A DNA stretch of 64,000 bases, from IMG/VR virus record IMGVR_UViG_3300043394_000609, one strand, 5' to 3'. Below the pieces are notes generated by a model. That model worked only from the letters and a program-made list of their open reading frames with translations, ran no database searches and had not been told where the DNA came from. Of the stretch, positions 37,482-48,407 are shown one piece after another; within the stretch, counting starts at the first letter, position 1, and every line of letters starts with the position of its first letter. Position numbers and translations under genes: made by a program. The DNA comes from a virus. Lineage: Duplodnaviria > Caudoviricetes.

Positions 37482-40400
37482 TTAAGTTAATGGGCAAGAT
37501 AATTCAGTTATATACCAACCAGTATTACTATTCACACCAATACAAACTATTTTAATAGATGTTGGTGTTGATGCAGTTTTATTAAACGATAATTTTACAT
37601 TACCATCAGACGATTTGGCTCCTGAACTAGGATAATTTGCAACAACATTTAATTGACTACCAACAGAACCAGAAGATCGGGTGTCATCATTACTTGCTAC
37701 TGAACTTGCATCATAAGACACACTAATGGTTCCGTTTGTGTTCCAAGCTGGATTCTGAAACGCGTTACCACCTGTTCCAACGTATGTGAATTTATTTAAC
37801 GAAGTTATACTTGATAACCCAGAAATAAATGCATTTCTTCCATCAGTACCTGTATCATTCGTTAAATAATCACCAACAAAAAGAGAATCAGCAACTAAAT
37901 TATCATCCCAGAAAATTTGAAATCTATCTGGTAAATTACTTGCGTCAAAAGTTACCCCAACTGTTCCAGTGTTTGACCCTACAACGGCACTAACCTCATA
38001 ATAACCTTGAGTACCTGAGGCACTTAATGAACCACCACACTCGACACCAGGTATTATCGTTGGTGTATTCGTAGGTGTTGGGGTTGGTGTCGGGGTTGGT
38101 TGGTAACAAACGGTACTAGTACCTATAACATATGTTGTTTTATTTAATGGATTAGGTGTTGTTATATTACTAATAGTAATCCCAGTCACAATTTCATTAA
38201 CACCAATTTGACTACCATAATTCACAAATGTTGACGGTGATATATTAGACGTTTTTACATTATACGTACCACTAAGTCCTATATTTTGACTATATACATT
38301 AACAACCATATTAATTGGATTGGTTGTCGTCGTTGGTATACCATCTAACACACTATTAATAAAAAACCCCCTATTAAAATTTGAGTCACATCGTTCTTCT
38401 ACGTTTAATGTAATCGTTTGTTCGTTATAATAATAAAATGAATCATTCCCAATCCAATCAATCAAAGGTCTGTACCATCCCGTATCCGCTTCCGAATGTG
38501 ATGTTGTATTAAAATTATCATAAATTTGGAAATCATCTAAGGTTTCTAAATTATTAATAAACCCCTTTCTTAAATTACCATCAGTATATAAACTATTAGG
38601 GTCAAAACTTTTATTATTATCATAACTATTTGTTAGATATTCCAACGATGAACGATTACTATTTGTCATAAACCAGTTACTTGAATAGTCCAAGTTTGTG
38701 GTCACAATTGGTTGTCCAGTTGTTGTTGTTGTACTATTTGAAGATGTCATATAATATATGTTATCAATAACACCATTTGTTGTATGGTAAAAAGTACAAT
38801 ATGGTGTTGAACCTGTTACACCGTAATAACCATCTAATACTTTTTGACAACCAGAAGCATCAAAATATAAACTTTTACCAATAGTTGCTCCGCCATTATC
38901 TCGATTATCGTAAAATACATTGGCTTGAGTTGGGATAGTTTCAATTTTTAATTCGTGAGTAAAAGAAATGGTAAGTTCACCAATTAAATCATCATCAATT
39001 ATTTTACAATAATTCGCATAATTTTCCGCATAGTCAACTGCCGCGTTAAATACCGCTAAGGCTTTATTGTTTGCATCTTGTTGACTTATACAACTAAACT
39101 CAGTACCATTTTCAACTGTAATTACCGTTTCAGTCGCATCTTCCAAATCACAACAATTCGGTGTTACATTGTGTGTTAGATTTCCATTATTATAATAAAC
39201 TGTCCCACCACCACAATACGGTAATGGTTTTCCTGAAGTATATGACAAAACGATTAATTTATTGTAACTAGTTACAAGTGTTGGATCATCCGCTTTCATT
39301 GAAACGAGTTTTTGAGGGATGAATAAACCAAGAACGTGCTTAATTGAAAAAGTGTATGATAAGTCTTTTGATATTATTTTACCACCATTTTGTCTGTAAT
39401 AATACACCCCATCACAATAATACCCATCGTTAACTGTTGTAAGTGGTGATGGTGTTCGATAAAGTATTGTGTCGTGTGATTCGTTACTAACTTCAATGTA
39501 AGGTGTGTCAGTAAAATGATGTAAAAACTGCGCACAATTTTCTCTATATCTTTTTGTTTTTTTGGCAAAAATAATTATAAGTAATAGTATTACAAGTACA
39601 ATCGCTAAAGCATAAACATTCCAGAATGCCGCTTTTAGAAACGACCCAACAACTGTTTTTGAGAACCCCCAAGCTTTAAAACCACCATACAACGATTCAA
39701 ACCACGCAGCAACTTGAGTTGCGACGTTAGTCGAAGCCAATGCCGCACCAAGTGGGGCTAACATTGATAATCCTAATATTGTTGATGCCGTTCTATAATC
39801 ATTAATATTCCAACCTCTATTATACCCTTTAACAACCCCGAATAACACTTTATTTAAAGCGTGTGTTGAACCTGCCACCGCATAAGTATCATTATCTGAC
39901 ACCTCATATAACCTAAAAACACTATCGTTAGAATTTAATTTTTTAGTAAGGTCATATCCCATATAGTACCTATATTGTTCTGGTTGGGTTAATGTTGTTT
40001 TATCAAAAACACTTCTTAATAACCCAACACCCTCAACAAATGGTATGGTACAAGCATCTGAAGTTTGATTAGTTTGATTAAACCATAACTGTGGTCCGAA
40101 AATCTCTTCCGTTATTTTCGCCTTTCTAAATAATTTTTTTGTAACCGTCGTTTCCATTTGGGTACCATATGATCTATCGAAAACACCACCTACTTTATAT
40201 ACGTAATTACCATAACCATAGTAGTAAGGTAATGCTGGATTATTAAATCCTTTAGACGCGTATATTGGTGTGTTTTCAACCCAGGATTCTATTGGTGTTC
40301 TAGAATATAGATTCGTTGTTAATTTAGATTGACCTGCAATTGCATCATATGGTGAATAAACGTGTAATCCAGTTTCATATTCATATAATGGTATTGGACA

Positions 40401-40856
40401 ATTATATGAAATTGTTGCACTTGATGTTGTTGGTGGTGTCCCCTTTTTACCCATCGAAACACAAACATTTAGTAAGTTACTTTTTATCTTGTCTTCAATA
40501 TTAACGATTACATAAAAAACATTCGTTTGATTAACAAAATCACCATTTTTTAAAATATATTCATTAAGCACTAACGATGCTTTAACAGGTTTATATAAAT
40601 CATCCTCAGCTTGTGATACCGAAACAAAACCGCCGTTAGGGTCAAAGAACCCAACTGAAACATAATCTAATGTTCCAGTATATGTAACCTGAAAAACACC
40701 CATACCATAATCGGTATCACCTAAATCTAATGTTACGGTTTTATTTGCAAACCTAATTGATTTACCGTATGCGCCCTCTTCACCATTTGACGGTCTAGCC
40801 GACACATATTCGTTTTGTGTGAAATTTATTATTTTAGTATTGTTGAATGTTGGCAT
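37482..40856 (-). CDS. Large virion protein with internal hydrophobic helices
   Basis: TM-like VYALAIVLVILLLIIIFAKK; SCISQQDANNKA (DUF5977-like); TP linker; C-terminal beta domain. Confidence 0.65.
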   Translation of the reverse strand: MPTFNNTKIINFTQNEYVSARPSNGEEGAYGKSIRFANKTVTLDLGDTDYGMGVFQVTYTGTLDYVSVGFFDPNGGFVSVSQAEDDLYKPVKASLVLNEYILKNGDFVNQTNVFYVIVNIEDKIKSNLLNVCVSMGKKGTPPTTSSATISYNCPIPLYEYETGLHVYSPYDAIAGQSKLTTNLYSRTPIESWVENTPIYASKGFNNPALPYYYGYGNYVYKVGGVFDRSYGTQMETTVTKKLFRKAKITEEIFGPQLWFNQTNQTSDACTIPFVEGVGLLRSVFDKTTLTQPEQYRYYMGYDLTKKLNSNDSVFRLYEVSDNDTYAVAGSTHALNKVLFGVVKGYNRGWNINDYRTASTILGLSMLAPLGAALASTNVATQVAAWFESLYGGFKAWGFSKTVVGSFLKAAFWNVYALAIVLVILLLIIIFAKKTKRYRENCAQFLHHFTDTPYIEVSNESHDTILYRTPSPLTTVNDGYYCDGVYYYRQNGGKIISKDLSYTFSIKHVLGLFIPQKLVSMKADDPTLVTSYNKLIVLSYTSGKPLPYCGGGTVYYNNGNLTHNVTPNCCDLEDATETVITVENGTEFSCISQQDANNKALAVFNAAVDYAENYANYCKIIDDDLIGELTISFTHELKIETIPTQANVFYDNRDNGGATIGKSLYFDASGCQKVLDGYYGVTGSTPYCTFYHTTNGVIDNIYYMTSSNSTTTTTGQPIVTTNLDYSSNWFMTNSNRSSLEYLTNSYDNNKSFDPNSLYTDGNLRKGFINNLETLDDFQIYDNFNTTSHSEADTGWYRPLIDWIGNDSFYYYNEQTITLNVEERCDSNFNRGFFINSVLDGIPTTTTNPINMVVNVYSQNIGLSGTYNVKTSNISPSTFVNYGSQIGVNEIVTGITISNITTPNPLNKTTYVIGTSTVCYQPTPTPTPTPTNTPTIIPGVECGGSLSASGTQGYYEVSAVVGSNTGTVGVTFDASNLPDRFQIFWDDNLVADSLFVGDYLTNDTGTDGRNAFISGLSSITSLNKFTYVGTGGNAFQNPAWNTNGTISVSYDASSVASNDDTRSSGSVGSQLNVVANYPSSGAKSSDGNVKLSFNKTASTPTSIKIVCIGVNSNTGWYITELSCPLT

Positions 40857-40870
40857 TTTTTATTTGTTAA

Positions 40871-43800
40871 TTATATTTGACAAGTTATTGGGTCTGATCC
40901 ACAAACACCTAAAGATGTTGCAATACCATTATTTAGTGAATATATCACCGGTTCATTAATCCATGGTTGATTTAATTTATATAAACCATCTGGTGTTGGC
41001 GTGGTTAAACTTTCATTAAAATACCACGTTACATTTTCTATACCATTATTATTTAAATCATTTTCATTGAAAAACACGTTAATTATATTTTCACAACCAA
41101 TACAAGCATCGTCTTTAGTAGACCCATCTGCAAAGTAACAGAACTCGTCTGAAACAACACCTTCTTTATCTATAATGGCATAATATGTCATATCATACTC
41201 TGCAGTATGTGTTAGAGTTGTGTTGCTTGTTATGATGTTATCAATTACCGATGACTCGCTCCAACCGATAAAAATAGAATTATTTGTTGCTGTTGCCGTT
41301 GCCGTTAAGTTAGACCCAATTGCAACATTTTTTGTTTTTCTATAAAAATTAGTACCACTACCATCATCAATATAACCAGTAGCTAAAGGATTAATTTCAG
41401 ATATCACATAAGTTATTTTCACACTATCAGGATCACATACTTGAACCGCACTAACTAAACTAACACATTCAATCGGTGTCGGAGTTGGTGTTGGCGTTGC
41501 GGTTATAGTTAACGTAGGCGTAATAGTTGGCGTAGCCGTTATCGTTACCGTAGGCGTGACTGTTTCTGTTAACGTTGGTGTCGGCGTAACTGTTTCCGTG
41601 GCCGTAATTGTTAATGTAGGCGTAATAGTTGGCGTAGCCGTTATCGTTACCGTAGGTGTAACAGTTTCTGTTAACGTAGGTGTAATAGTTAACGTAGGAG
41701 TCAACGTTACCGTAGGCGTTAGCGTTTCCGTTACCGTAGGTGTCACAGTTAGCGTTACAGTTGGCGTGGCCGTTATCGTTACCGTAGGTGTTATCGTTAC
41801 CGTAGGTGTTACAGTAGGAGTTGGCTCTGGTGTTTCCGTTGGCGTAGCCGTAACAGTTAACGTAGGTGTTATAGTTAATGTTGGTGTAGGCGTAACAGTT
41901 TCTGTAGCCGTTATCGTTACCGTAGGTGTAAAAGTTAACGTAGGTGTTATAGTTAACGTAGGAGTTATAGTTAATGTTGGTGTAGGTGTAGGCTCTGGTG
42001 TTTCTGTTGGCGTAGCCGTAACGGTTAACGTAGGTGTAACAGTTAACGTAGGTGTAACAGTTAATGTAGGTGTAACAGTTTCCGTTACAGTAGGCGTTAG
42101 CGTTTCCGTTACCGTAGGCGTATTAGTTAACGTAGGTGTATTAGTTAACGTTAACGTAGGTGTAACAGTTAACGTAGGTGTTATAGTTGGTGTAGGTGTA
42201 GGTACTCTAGTTGGTTCACAATCAATTAATGGTATCACATCACAAATAGTCGCGCCACTATAAATAAATTCTCGATTATTAAATAATGATGGTATTTCAC
42301 AATTAACATCGTATGGATATTCACCACCATCATATGCACTACTATTTAATTGGTCAGTATAATAGTGATCAATTACCATGTCCAAATCTTCAAAGACTTG
42401 CATTGTATGTTCTAGTAAAATTTCTTGATCAATATTACCGTTGAATAAAATTAATTTATTTGATGGTAGTGTATCACCAGTACAATTTAAATGATAGTAA
42501 ACATTTCTTTCACAATAATTTAAATCAACTTCCTTAACTTCAATTAAAAACCCATCTTGATTAATTAAAAAATCACCTTCAATATAATAATTTTCATCAT
42601 GATCACAACATGGTTCCTCAGGAATACCACCAATAAATAGTTGTTCTGGGTATCTACTTTCGAAGTGATATGGTACTGAATCTATTGAAACCAATGTACC
42701 ATCTGCAAAATATGGATTATTCTCAGCGTATTGATATTTTCTGTTGGTATAAACTCTAAGTTTAGTATTAGGTAGAACTTCAAATTGATGCATGTCACCA
42801 TTTGCTGTTGTACCACGAACAATATCTTTCTTAATTGAACTTAAACAATCAATATTAGTTACTTCAATTTTATTGTAATTATAACCAAACGACACCCCAC
42901 TAATTGGAATGTGTTTATGTGAATTACTAGCATATGGTGCGTTTAAATATTCTCCAGACAATAAGCTATCACCAACAATAACATCCGAAACAATTGTTTT
43001 AACAATATCACCATTTAGTAACGCTAATTGTATATTTTCGAACGTGCTTAAATCCACATTTAAATTAACAATTTTTAAAACAAAACTATCTTCGATTAAA
43101 CCAAAATCAAATGATGGTCGATACTGAATTTTAGGATGTATTGTATAACCACTATAATTGTCACAATATGTTACCCCAGTTTGTGATTCAATTGAACACT
43201 CTTTAGTTGTAATATCGTTATAAACATTTATTATAAATGTTTGTAAATGTGATCTGTTAAATGGGTCGTGTTCACCTTTTAATTGTAGCCCCTCTATTTT
43301 AATTTTTTGTTCATTATTAGCAGCATCTGCAAAAATAAAATCAACAACGTCATCTTCATAAACCTCCGATAACGTAAATGAACAATAATCCGTATCACCA
43401 CCTGTTGGTGTGAATTTAGGATATTCTAATATCGGTCTTTCAGTAAAAACATTGTTTGAATATTGGCAATTACGTATAACATCAACCGGCCAATCATGTG
43501 TGCTTTTTTCATTACCTGTTGCACCGCTAATCGTTAAATAAACATCGCTTTTTAATTTACAATCTTCGGTCCCGCCGTCAAAAACATCACAAGATGTGTA
43601 TCCAGAAACAAATAAACCATTTTCAGCCGGAGCTGTATAATAGTAATTCGCTTCAAAATAAAAATCTAAGTATTCTGAAATTGTACAATCATTTGGACCG
43701 TACTTGAACGATTTAATTCTAATTTTTTCAAAACCATCAGTATCAATAAAAAATTCATAAGATATTTTTGGTTTTTTTGTTGTTTGGGAACAATTTGTTA

Positions 43801-46558
43801 ATGAAGTTGCATCAACAAATGGTTCATATGTATCATCACAACCAGCGACATCTCTAGTATCTTGTTGTGAATTTATTTTATCAATTAAATCTGCTGTGGC
43901 ATTTTTCCACATAGTCTTAATTGTTGATAATTCTAAATTAATCCAATCTTTATAATCACAAATTAATGGTATTTGTGTTGTTGATTCATTTAAAATTGTA
44001 CAATTTGATTCTGGATCAAATGGGTCAAATAAAAGACCATTAGTTAATATAACTTTAGTATCGCCACTTACCGCTTCGCCATCTATATCCATCCATAAGG
44101 TAAATGTTACCCCGGTGAAATTCATTAAACCACGTAAATGGTCCGGATCCCCCATGATTGTTTCCAGATCTTCTTCAATTACTGTTTCAAAATCGGGATA
44201 TAAATTTTCGATAATTTCTAATGGTTGGCAACCTTGTTCATAGTCATATTTTGGGCGACCAAATACATTATTTTCAATTAAATTACCACCTAACCATAAT
44301 GTAGTTGCTGGAACAATTTGTTCTAAAATGTTTACCCAATATGGACTCATCTTATTAACAAACGTTGCAACATCAATCATATCATATTGTACATAACCTA
44401 ATGCTGTTGAACGATTAATGTAATCCTGATAAACGTCTTGTAACTGAATATATGCTTTTTTATATCTAAAAACATGTGAATTAGTTAATTGACTATCTAA
44501 AACGGTGTCTAAAAACTGAGCAAAACTCTTATTTGTTTGAGGTTCTAAACTATTTCTACCAAATGTTACATTTAAATCTCTAGACTTTCTCCAAATATCA
44601 TAGTTAATACCATTAGCTGGTGAAATAAAGACGTTAATATTTTTTCTATTTAATATTAATGAACCCAAATCATCATCTACCAATAATTGACCTTTTACGT
44701 TATCAACAGTACTAGTCAATTCGTAACCATAATCTAAACCAGGTAAATTTCTATATACGTCATAGAAAGCCTCACCATAAGTAAATCTATTGGATTTAGT
44801 TTTTAATGTTTTTGTTCTACCCGTGATAATAGAGTTTTCCGCATCAAATATAGTTGCTGCTCTATGGTCTAATGTTTCTTGATACCAACCCGCACCCATT
44901 TGAAAAAACATATTTTCAACATTGGTTGTTGGTGTTTTAGGTAAAAATGTATCTGGATCAACAGGATAATCAGTTACTTGTGTAAATGAAGTTCTACCTG
45001 TAACTATAGTTGATTCATAGGTATATGTGTCAGTATTAAAAGTTAATACTGTAGTTGTTTTTAAACCATTTATAATATCAAACAAATCATCTTCAACAAT
45101 TGAAGTTGGTAATACCCCATCAACTTTATAAACGTATTCATCAATTTTAATTAATGGTTCTGGTGCACCAATAAATCTTAAGAAAAACTCAATACTTGAT
45201 CGAGTACCTTTTGATTTATAAATGAATGCTAAGTTAATTAAAAGTCTTCTATAAAATTCAATTTCAGCATCTACTTGGTTTTTACCAACTGATACCCCAG
45301 CATATGCTTGCGCACCACCATTATAAATTTGATCTTCAAATGATTTTTCATCAAATAATGCAACACTCTCTAATCCAAGTGTGTTAGTTAAATTTTTAAT
45401 GAAAACATCAGGAATGTTATTAATTGTGTCATATGTTACATTACGCATATACGCAATGTTATCAATAAATGATTTTACTTTATCAAAACTTTGACCATAT
45501 AATTGAAACACACTATCAATTTTTTGATCTTCAGTGTCGAATTCAAATAATTGAGGTGCAGCTAAAAAACGAGTGATTAAGTTTGATTTATAATCATCAA
45601 TTTCAGTCGATAAGTCATTTAATTTGGTAACATATTTTTCAAAATCATTACCAACAATCATTAAATTCCAACCATCAAAAGAAACCGGCCAATTAACTAA
45701 AACCGAAACAATTTCATCTTTCTTTTCATCAAGACTACTTTCAGGGACTTTAAATGAGGTCTGATATATTGGATACGATTCCCTATTTAATAAGGAAGCT
45801 TCCAAATCATCTAAACCTAAAAAGAATTCTTCAACAATTGGGTTAGAGGGTCTAACCAAATAAGAACTATTATATGTTGATCCTTGAAATGGTTTCCCAA
45901 CAACTTCTAAAGTGATTATATTATTTTCATCTGGTGAAACGTAATTAATTACTGAGTATGTTACCCCGCTAATTTCAAGTGAATATTTATTGAATCTAGA
46001 ATAGAATTCTCGATTAATATTTTCAGATGCTGTTAAATTAGTTATTTTAGGTTCAACTAATTGAATGTCAAATGGATTATATATTTTTGATGATTGAACC
46101 GTAAATGTTGTAATATCTGTTTTCTTATCATAAACAATATTTTCCGCAGTTAAATTATTAACTCCAGAAATTGAATCAGCATCAACATAAAACCCGGAAG
46201 GGAAATTCTTTATGATTCTACTAATAGATACACGTATTCTTTCTCTTAATGAACCAAATAACGATCTAGACCCATCAGTTTTAGCTTTATTAAATCTAAT
46301 CGGTCTTTTCTCCCCATTACTTTGTGTAATACTAGTTGGTACATCATCTTCAATCTTTAAATCATCTAAAGTTAAAAAATCAGAGAACGGTATCGATCTA
46401 AAGTTTTTACTATCTTTTTCTGGTGTTGCCCTATCTAACGCAAAGTTTGCATTTGTTAATTGACTAGTACCGTCAGTAATTTGTTGTCCAACAATACTGT
46501 CGCTAAAAGTTTCTGCCCCACTTGCCGCTTTACTCGGTACCTTTGTGTATTTTGCCAT
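40871..46558 (-). CDS. Giant baseplate wedge-like protein (P2 gpI/T4 gp7-type core) with Hint-like insert and mucin-like TP tract
   Basis: IPDVFIKNL..LG and AFIYKSKGTRSSIEFFLRFIG gpI-type motifs; 1895 aa. Confidence 0.7.
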   Translation of the reverse strand: MAKYTKVPSKAASGAETFSDSIVGQQITDGTSQLTNANFALDRATPEKDSKNFRSIPFSDFLTLDDLKIEDDVPTSITQSNGEKRPIRFNKAKTDGSRSLFGSLRERIRVSISRIIKNFPSGFYVDADSISGVNNLTAENIVYDKKTDITTFTVQSSKIYNPFDIQLVEPKITNLTASENINREFYSRFNKYSLEISGVTYSVINYVSPDENNIITLEVVGKPFQGSTYNSSYLVRPSNPIVEEFFLGLDDLEASLLNRESYPIYQTSFKVPESSLDEKKDEIVSVLVNWPVSFDGWNLMIVGNDFEKYVTKLNDLSTEIDDYKSNLITRFLAAPQLFEFDTEDQKIDSVFQLYGQSFDKVKSFIDNIAYMRNVTYDTINNIPDVFIKNLTNTLGLESVALFDEKSFEDQIYNGGAQAYAGVSVGKNQVDAEIEFYRRLLINLAFIYKSKGTRSSIEFFLRFIGAPEPLIKIDEYVYKVDGVLPTSIVEDDLFDIINGLKTTTVLTFNTDTYTYESTIVTGRTSFTQVTDYPVDPDTFLPKTPTTNVENMFFQMGAGWYQETLDHRAATIFDAENSIITGRTKTLKTKSNRFTYGEAFYDVYRNLPGLDYGYELTSTVDNVKGQLLVDDDLGSLILNRKNINVFISPANGINYDIWRKSRDLNVTFGRNSLEPQTNKSFAQFLDTVLDSQLTNSHVFRYKKAYIQLQDVYQDYINRSTALGYVQYDMIDVATFVNKMSPYWVNILEQIVPATTLWLGGNLIENNVFGRPKYDYEQGCQPLEIIENLYPDFETVIEEDLETIMGDPDHLRGLMNFTGVTFTLWMDIDGEAVSGDTKVILTNGLLFDPFDPESNCTILNESTTQIPLICDYKDWINLELSTIKTMWKNATADLIDKINSQQDTRDVAGCDDTYEPFVDATSLTNCSQTTKKPKISYEFFIDTDGFEKIRIKSFKYGPNDCTISEYLDFYFEANYYYTAPAENGLFVSGYTSCDVFDGGTEDCKLKSDVYLTISGATGNEKSTHDWPVDVIRNCQYSNNVFTERPILEYPKFTPTGGDTDYCSFTLSEVYEDDVVDFIFADAANNEQKIKIEGLQLKGEHDPFNRSHLQTFIINVYNDITTKECSIESQTGVTYCDNYSGYTIHPKIQYRPSFDFGLIEDSFVLKIVNLNVDLSTFENIQLALLNGDIVKTIVSDVIVGDSLLSGEYLNAPYASNSHKHIPISGVSFGYNYNKIEVTNIDCLSSIKKDIVRGTTANGDMHQFEVLPNTKLRVYTNRKYQYAENNPYFADGTLVSIDSVPYHFESRYPEQLFIGGIPEEPCCDHDENYYIEGDFLINQDGFLIEVKEVDLNYCERNVYYHLNCTGDTLPSNKLILFNGNIDQEILLEHTMQVFEDLDMVIDHYYTDQLNSSAYDGGEYPYDVNCEIPSLFNNREFIYSGATICDVIPLIDCEPTRVPTPTPTITPTLTVTPTLTLTNTPTLTNTPTVTETLTPTVTETVTPTLTVTPTLTVTPTLTVTATPTETPEPTPTPTLTITPTLTITPTLTFTPTVTITATETVTPTPTLTITPTLTVTATPTETPEPTPTVTPTVTITPTVTITATPTVTLTVTPTVTETLTPTVTLTPTLTITPTLTETVTPTVTITATPTITPTLTITATETVTPTPTLTETVTPTVTITATPTITPTLTITATPTPTPTPIECVSLVSAVQVCDPDSVKITYVISEINPLATGYIDDGSGTNFYRKTKNVAIGSNLTATATATNNSIFIGWSESSVIDNIITSNTTLTHTAEYDMTYYAIIDKEGVVSDEFCYFADGSTKDDACIGCENIINVFFNENDLNNNGIENVTWYFNESLTTPTPDGLYKLNQPWINEPVIYSLNNGIATSLGVCGSDPITCQI
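41470..42205 (-). repeat. Degenerate tandem repeat encoding ~245 aa of (TPTxTx)n
   Basis: Recurrent 12-18 nt units such as gttaacgtaggtgtaaca and cgttaccgtagg. Confidence 0.95.
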
Positions 46559-47475
46559 TATTGTGTAATATCGTCAAAGTTTAGTGTTTGATCTATGTCA
46601 GTTTTACCTTCACGAATTTCATATAATGTATCATTAAATTCGTCTTTAACTTCATATAAGTTGTACTGTTTGTAGATATTATTATCTTTATTGTAAATTG
46701 TGTAAATTCCTGAAGATACGGCTTTACTTTGATTACCATATAACGCATTCGCTAAAGTAGACGCATCATGTTCAACCATTTCAATCTCAATCGTAGTTGG
46801 ATTAAAATATGTGTTAGTTAAAATGATTTTTTGTGCTGGTTGGCCAATAAATGGTACGATATTAGGTTTGTTACTTGGTGATGAAGATGGCGTTACGGTA
46901 AGAAACAATAAAGTCGTTGCTGAATCTGAATAACGATATCTAACAGCTTTTTGTGTTGTATTTGTTAAGTTTGTTGTAATTGCTTCACAATAAAAAGAAG
47001 ATGTCACAATTTTATAGAAATTAGTAACTTTTTTATTATCCTCAACACTAATATATTCTACCCTGTAACCAACTAACCCCTGAGGAGTAAACTTTGCTCG
47101 ATCATCAACACTAACATTTGCCAAATCAATAACAATTCCCCTAACTGAGGGTAATGACGCTAACACACCACAATCAGTAATAGACGTCCTAATTTGTTTA
47201 GGTCTAAGATTTAAAGTGTATACCCCAGTTTCACCAAAAGTATCCGCATTAAGTCTTAAATTGTATAATCCACCTAATATTTCAGTATCTGGTGCATATG
47301 TGTCATCTGTTGTATTTGAATTGTGATAAACCGGAGATAAAATGTCCGCTGAGTCTAATTTTGTTAGACTTGGTGTTGTTGTTGCTGCTCTATCAGAAGT
47401 ATAATGTAAAATGATTTCTACATCTTCTGGTGACACATCTGCTGGTCTAATTGTTCCGTAACTACCTACTGCCAT
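46558..47475 (-). CDS. Putative baseplate structural protein
   Basis: TATTTATA upstream; coupled by TAATG to the giant wedge gene. Confidence 0.6.
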   Translation of the reverse strand: MAVGSYGTIRPADVSPEDVEIILHYTSDRAATTTPSLTKLDSADILSPVYHNSNTTDDTYAPDTEILGGLYNLRLNADTFGETGVYTLNLRPKQIRTSITDCGVLASLPSVRGIVIDLANVSVDDRAKFTPQGLVGYRVEYISVEDNKKVTNFYKIVTSSFYCEAITTNLTNTTQKAVRYRYSDSATTLLFLTVTPSSSPSNKPNIVPFIGQPAQKIILTNTYFNPTTIEIEMVEHDASTLANALYGNQSKAVSSGIYTIYNKDNNIYKQYNLYEVKDEFNDTLYEIREGKTDIDQTLNFDDITQ

Positions 47476-47502
47476 TTTCTTTTAATTATAAATATAATTT
47501 TT

Positions 47503-48405
47503 TTATTTTTTCACACGGAAAAATCCATGTCCGTACACCTCTAATTCACCAACATTATCAATTTCCCCTAGTCTTAGGTTATATTCAGATGCCCCCATTT
47601 TACCACGTTCAACAAAAATATCAGAATAAACCATAGGTTCGTTTATGAAACCAAGGTAGTGCTCATTCCTAGTTAATTTTTTATTGAATTCAACCTCAGA
47701 CACATAATTAGCGGTATTCCCAGTAATATACGTAGTTCCGTCGTTTAAGTCAAGGTATGATAAATCATCTATAGTGTATCCAGAATATGTGTAGATATCA
47801 TCTTCAATGTTAATTGAACCATATGTTACACCACTATAATTGTTACCACCATATAGTTTTTTTTCAATAATTCGACTAGATCCTATAGCAAAAAATGTTG
47901 TTGTTCCAGTGTATTGATCTGTATTATATTCATAATCATTATTGAAATTTTGACTAAAATCTTCAACATTACTATATGGTAAATTAAAAATTAAAGTCCC
48001 CATATCATTTGTTTGACCAACCACACTAGGTAATGTAATAGTTTTAACAACATTTTGAACAACCCAAGGGCTATTCATTGTAATTGTAACTGTTTTTGAA
48101 CCAGATGTTGAATATGTGTGTGATGCAGTACCTAGTATTGAAATTGATGAGGTTGTTGAATCTCCCCATTTTATTGTAAATGTGGCATCAACAACTCTTT
48201 TTAATATATTTGTATTTGTTGTGTTATACACTGTTAACACATTTCCAGATGATGAATATGTGAAATTACATAATTGCTCAACTTGTTCAATATCACCATC
48301 AAATGTTACCATACCACCTAACTCATCAAGTGTCGATTCCAACACAATTGGGATATTATAGGTAGAACCACTTTGATATAATATTTCATATTTGTCCTGT
48401 CTCAT
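47503..48405 (-). CDS. Structural protein with PKD-like domain
   Basis: FTIKWGDS....ASHTYSTSGSKTVTITM. Confidence 0.65.
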   Translation of the reverse strand: MRQDKYEILYQSGSTYNIPIVLESTLDELGGMVTFDGDIEQVEQLCNFTYSSSGNVLTVYNTTNTNILKRVVDATFTIKWGDSTTSSISILGTASHTYSTSGSKTVTITMNSPWVVQNVVKTITLPSVVGQTNDMGTLIFNLPYSNVEDFSQNFNNDYEYNTDQYTGTTTFFAIGSSRIIEKKLYGGNNYSGVTYGSINIEDDIYTYSGYTIDDLSYLDLNDGTTYITGNTANYVSEVEFNKKLTRNEHYLGFINEPMVYSDIFVERGKMGASEYNLRLGEIDNVGELEVYGHGFFRVKK

Positions 48406-48407
48406 TG

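Noticed and set aside
41470-42205. Possible CRISPR array
   Set aside because: Units are degenerate, in-frame coding and lack unique spacers; no cas operon. The PD-(D/E)XK gene sits among replication genes.
41556-42263. 235-aa Val/Gly-rich plus-strand ORF
   Set aside because: Antisense shadow of the Thr-Pro repeat, whose reverse complement lacks stops.
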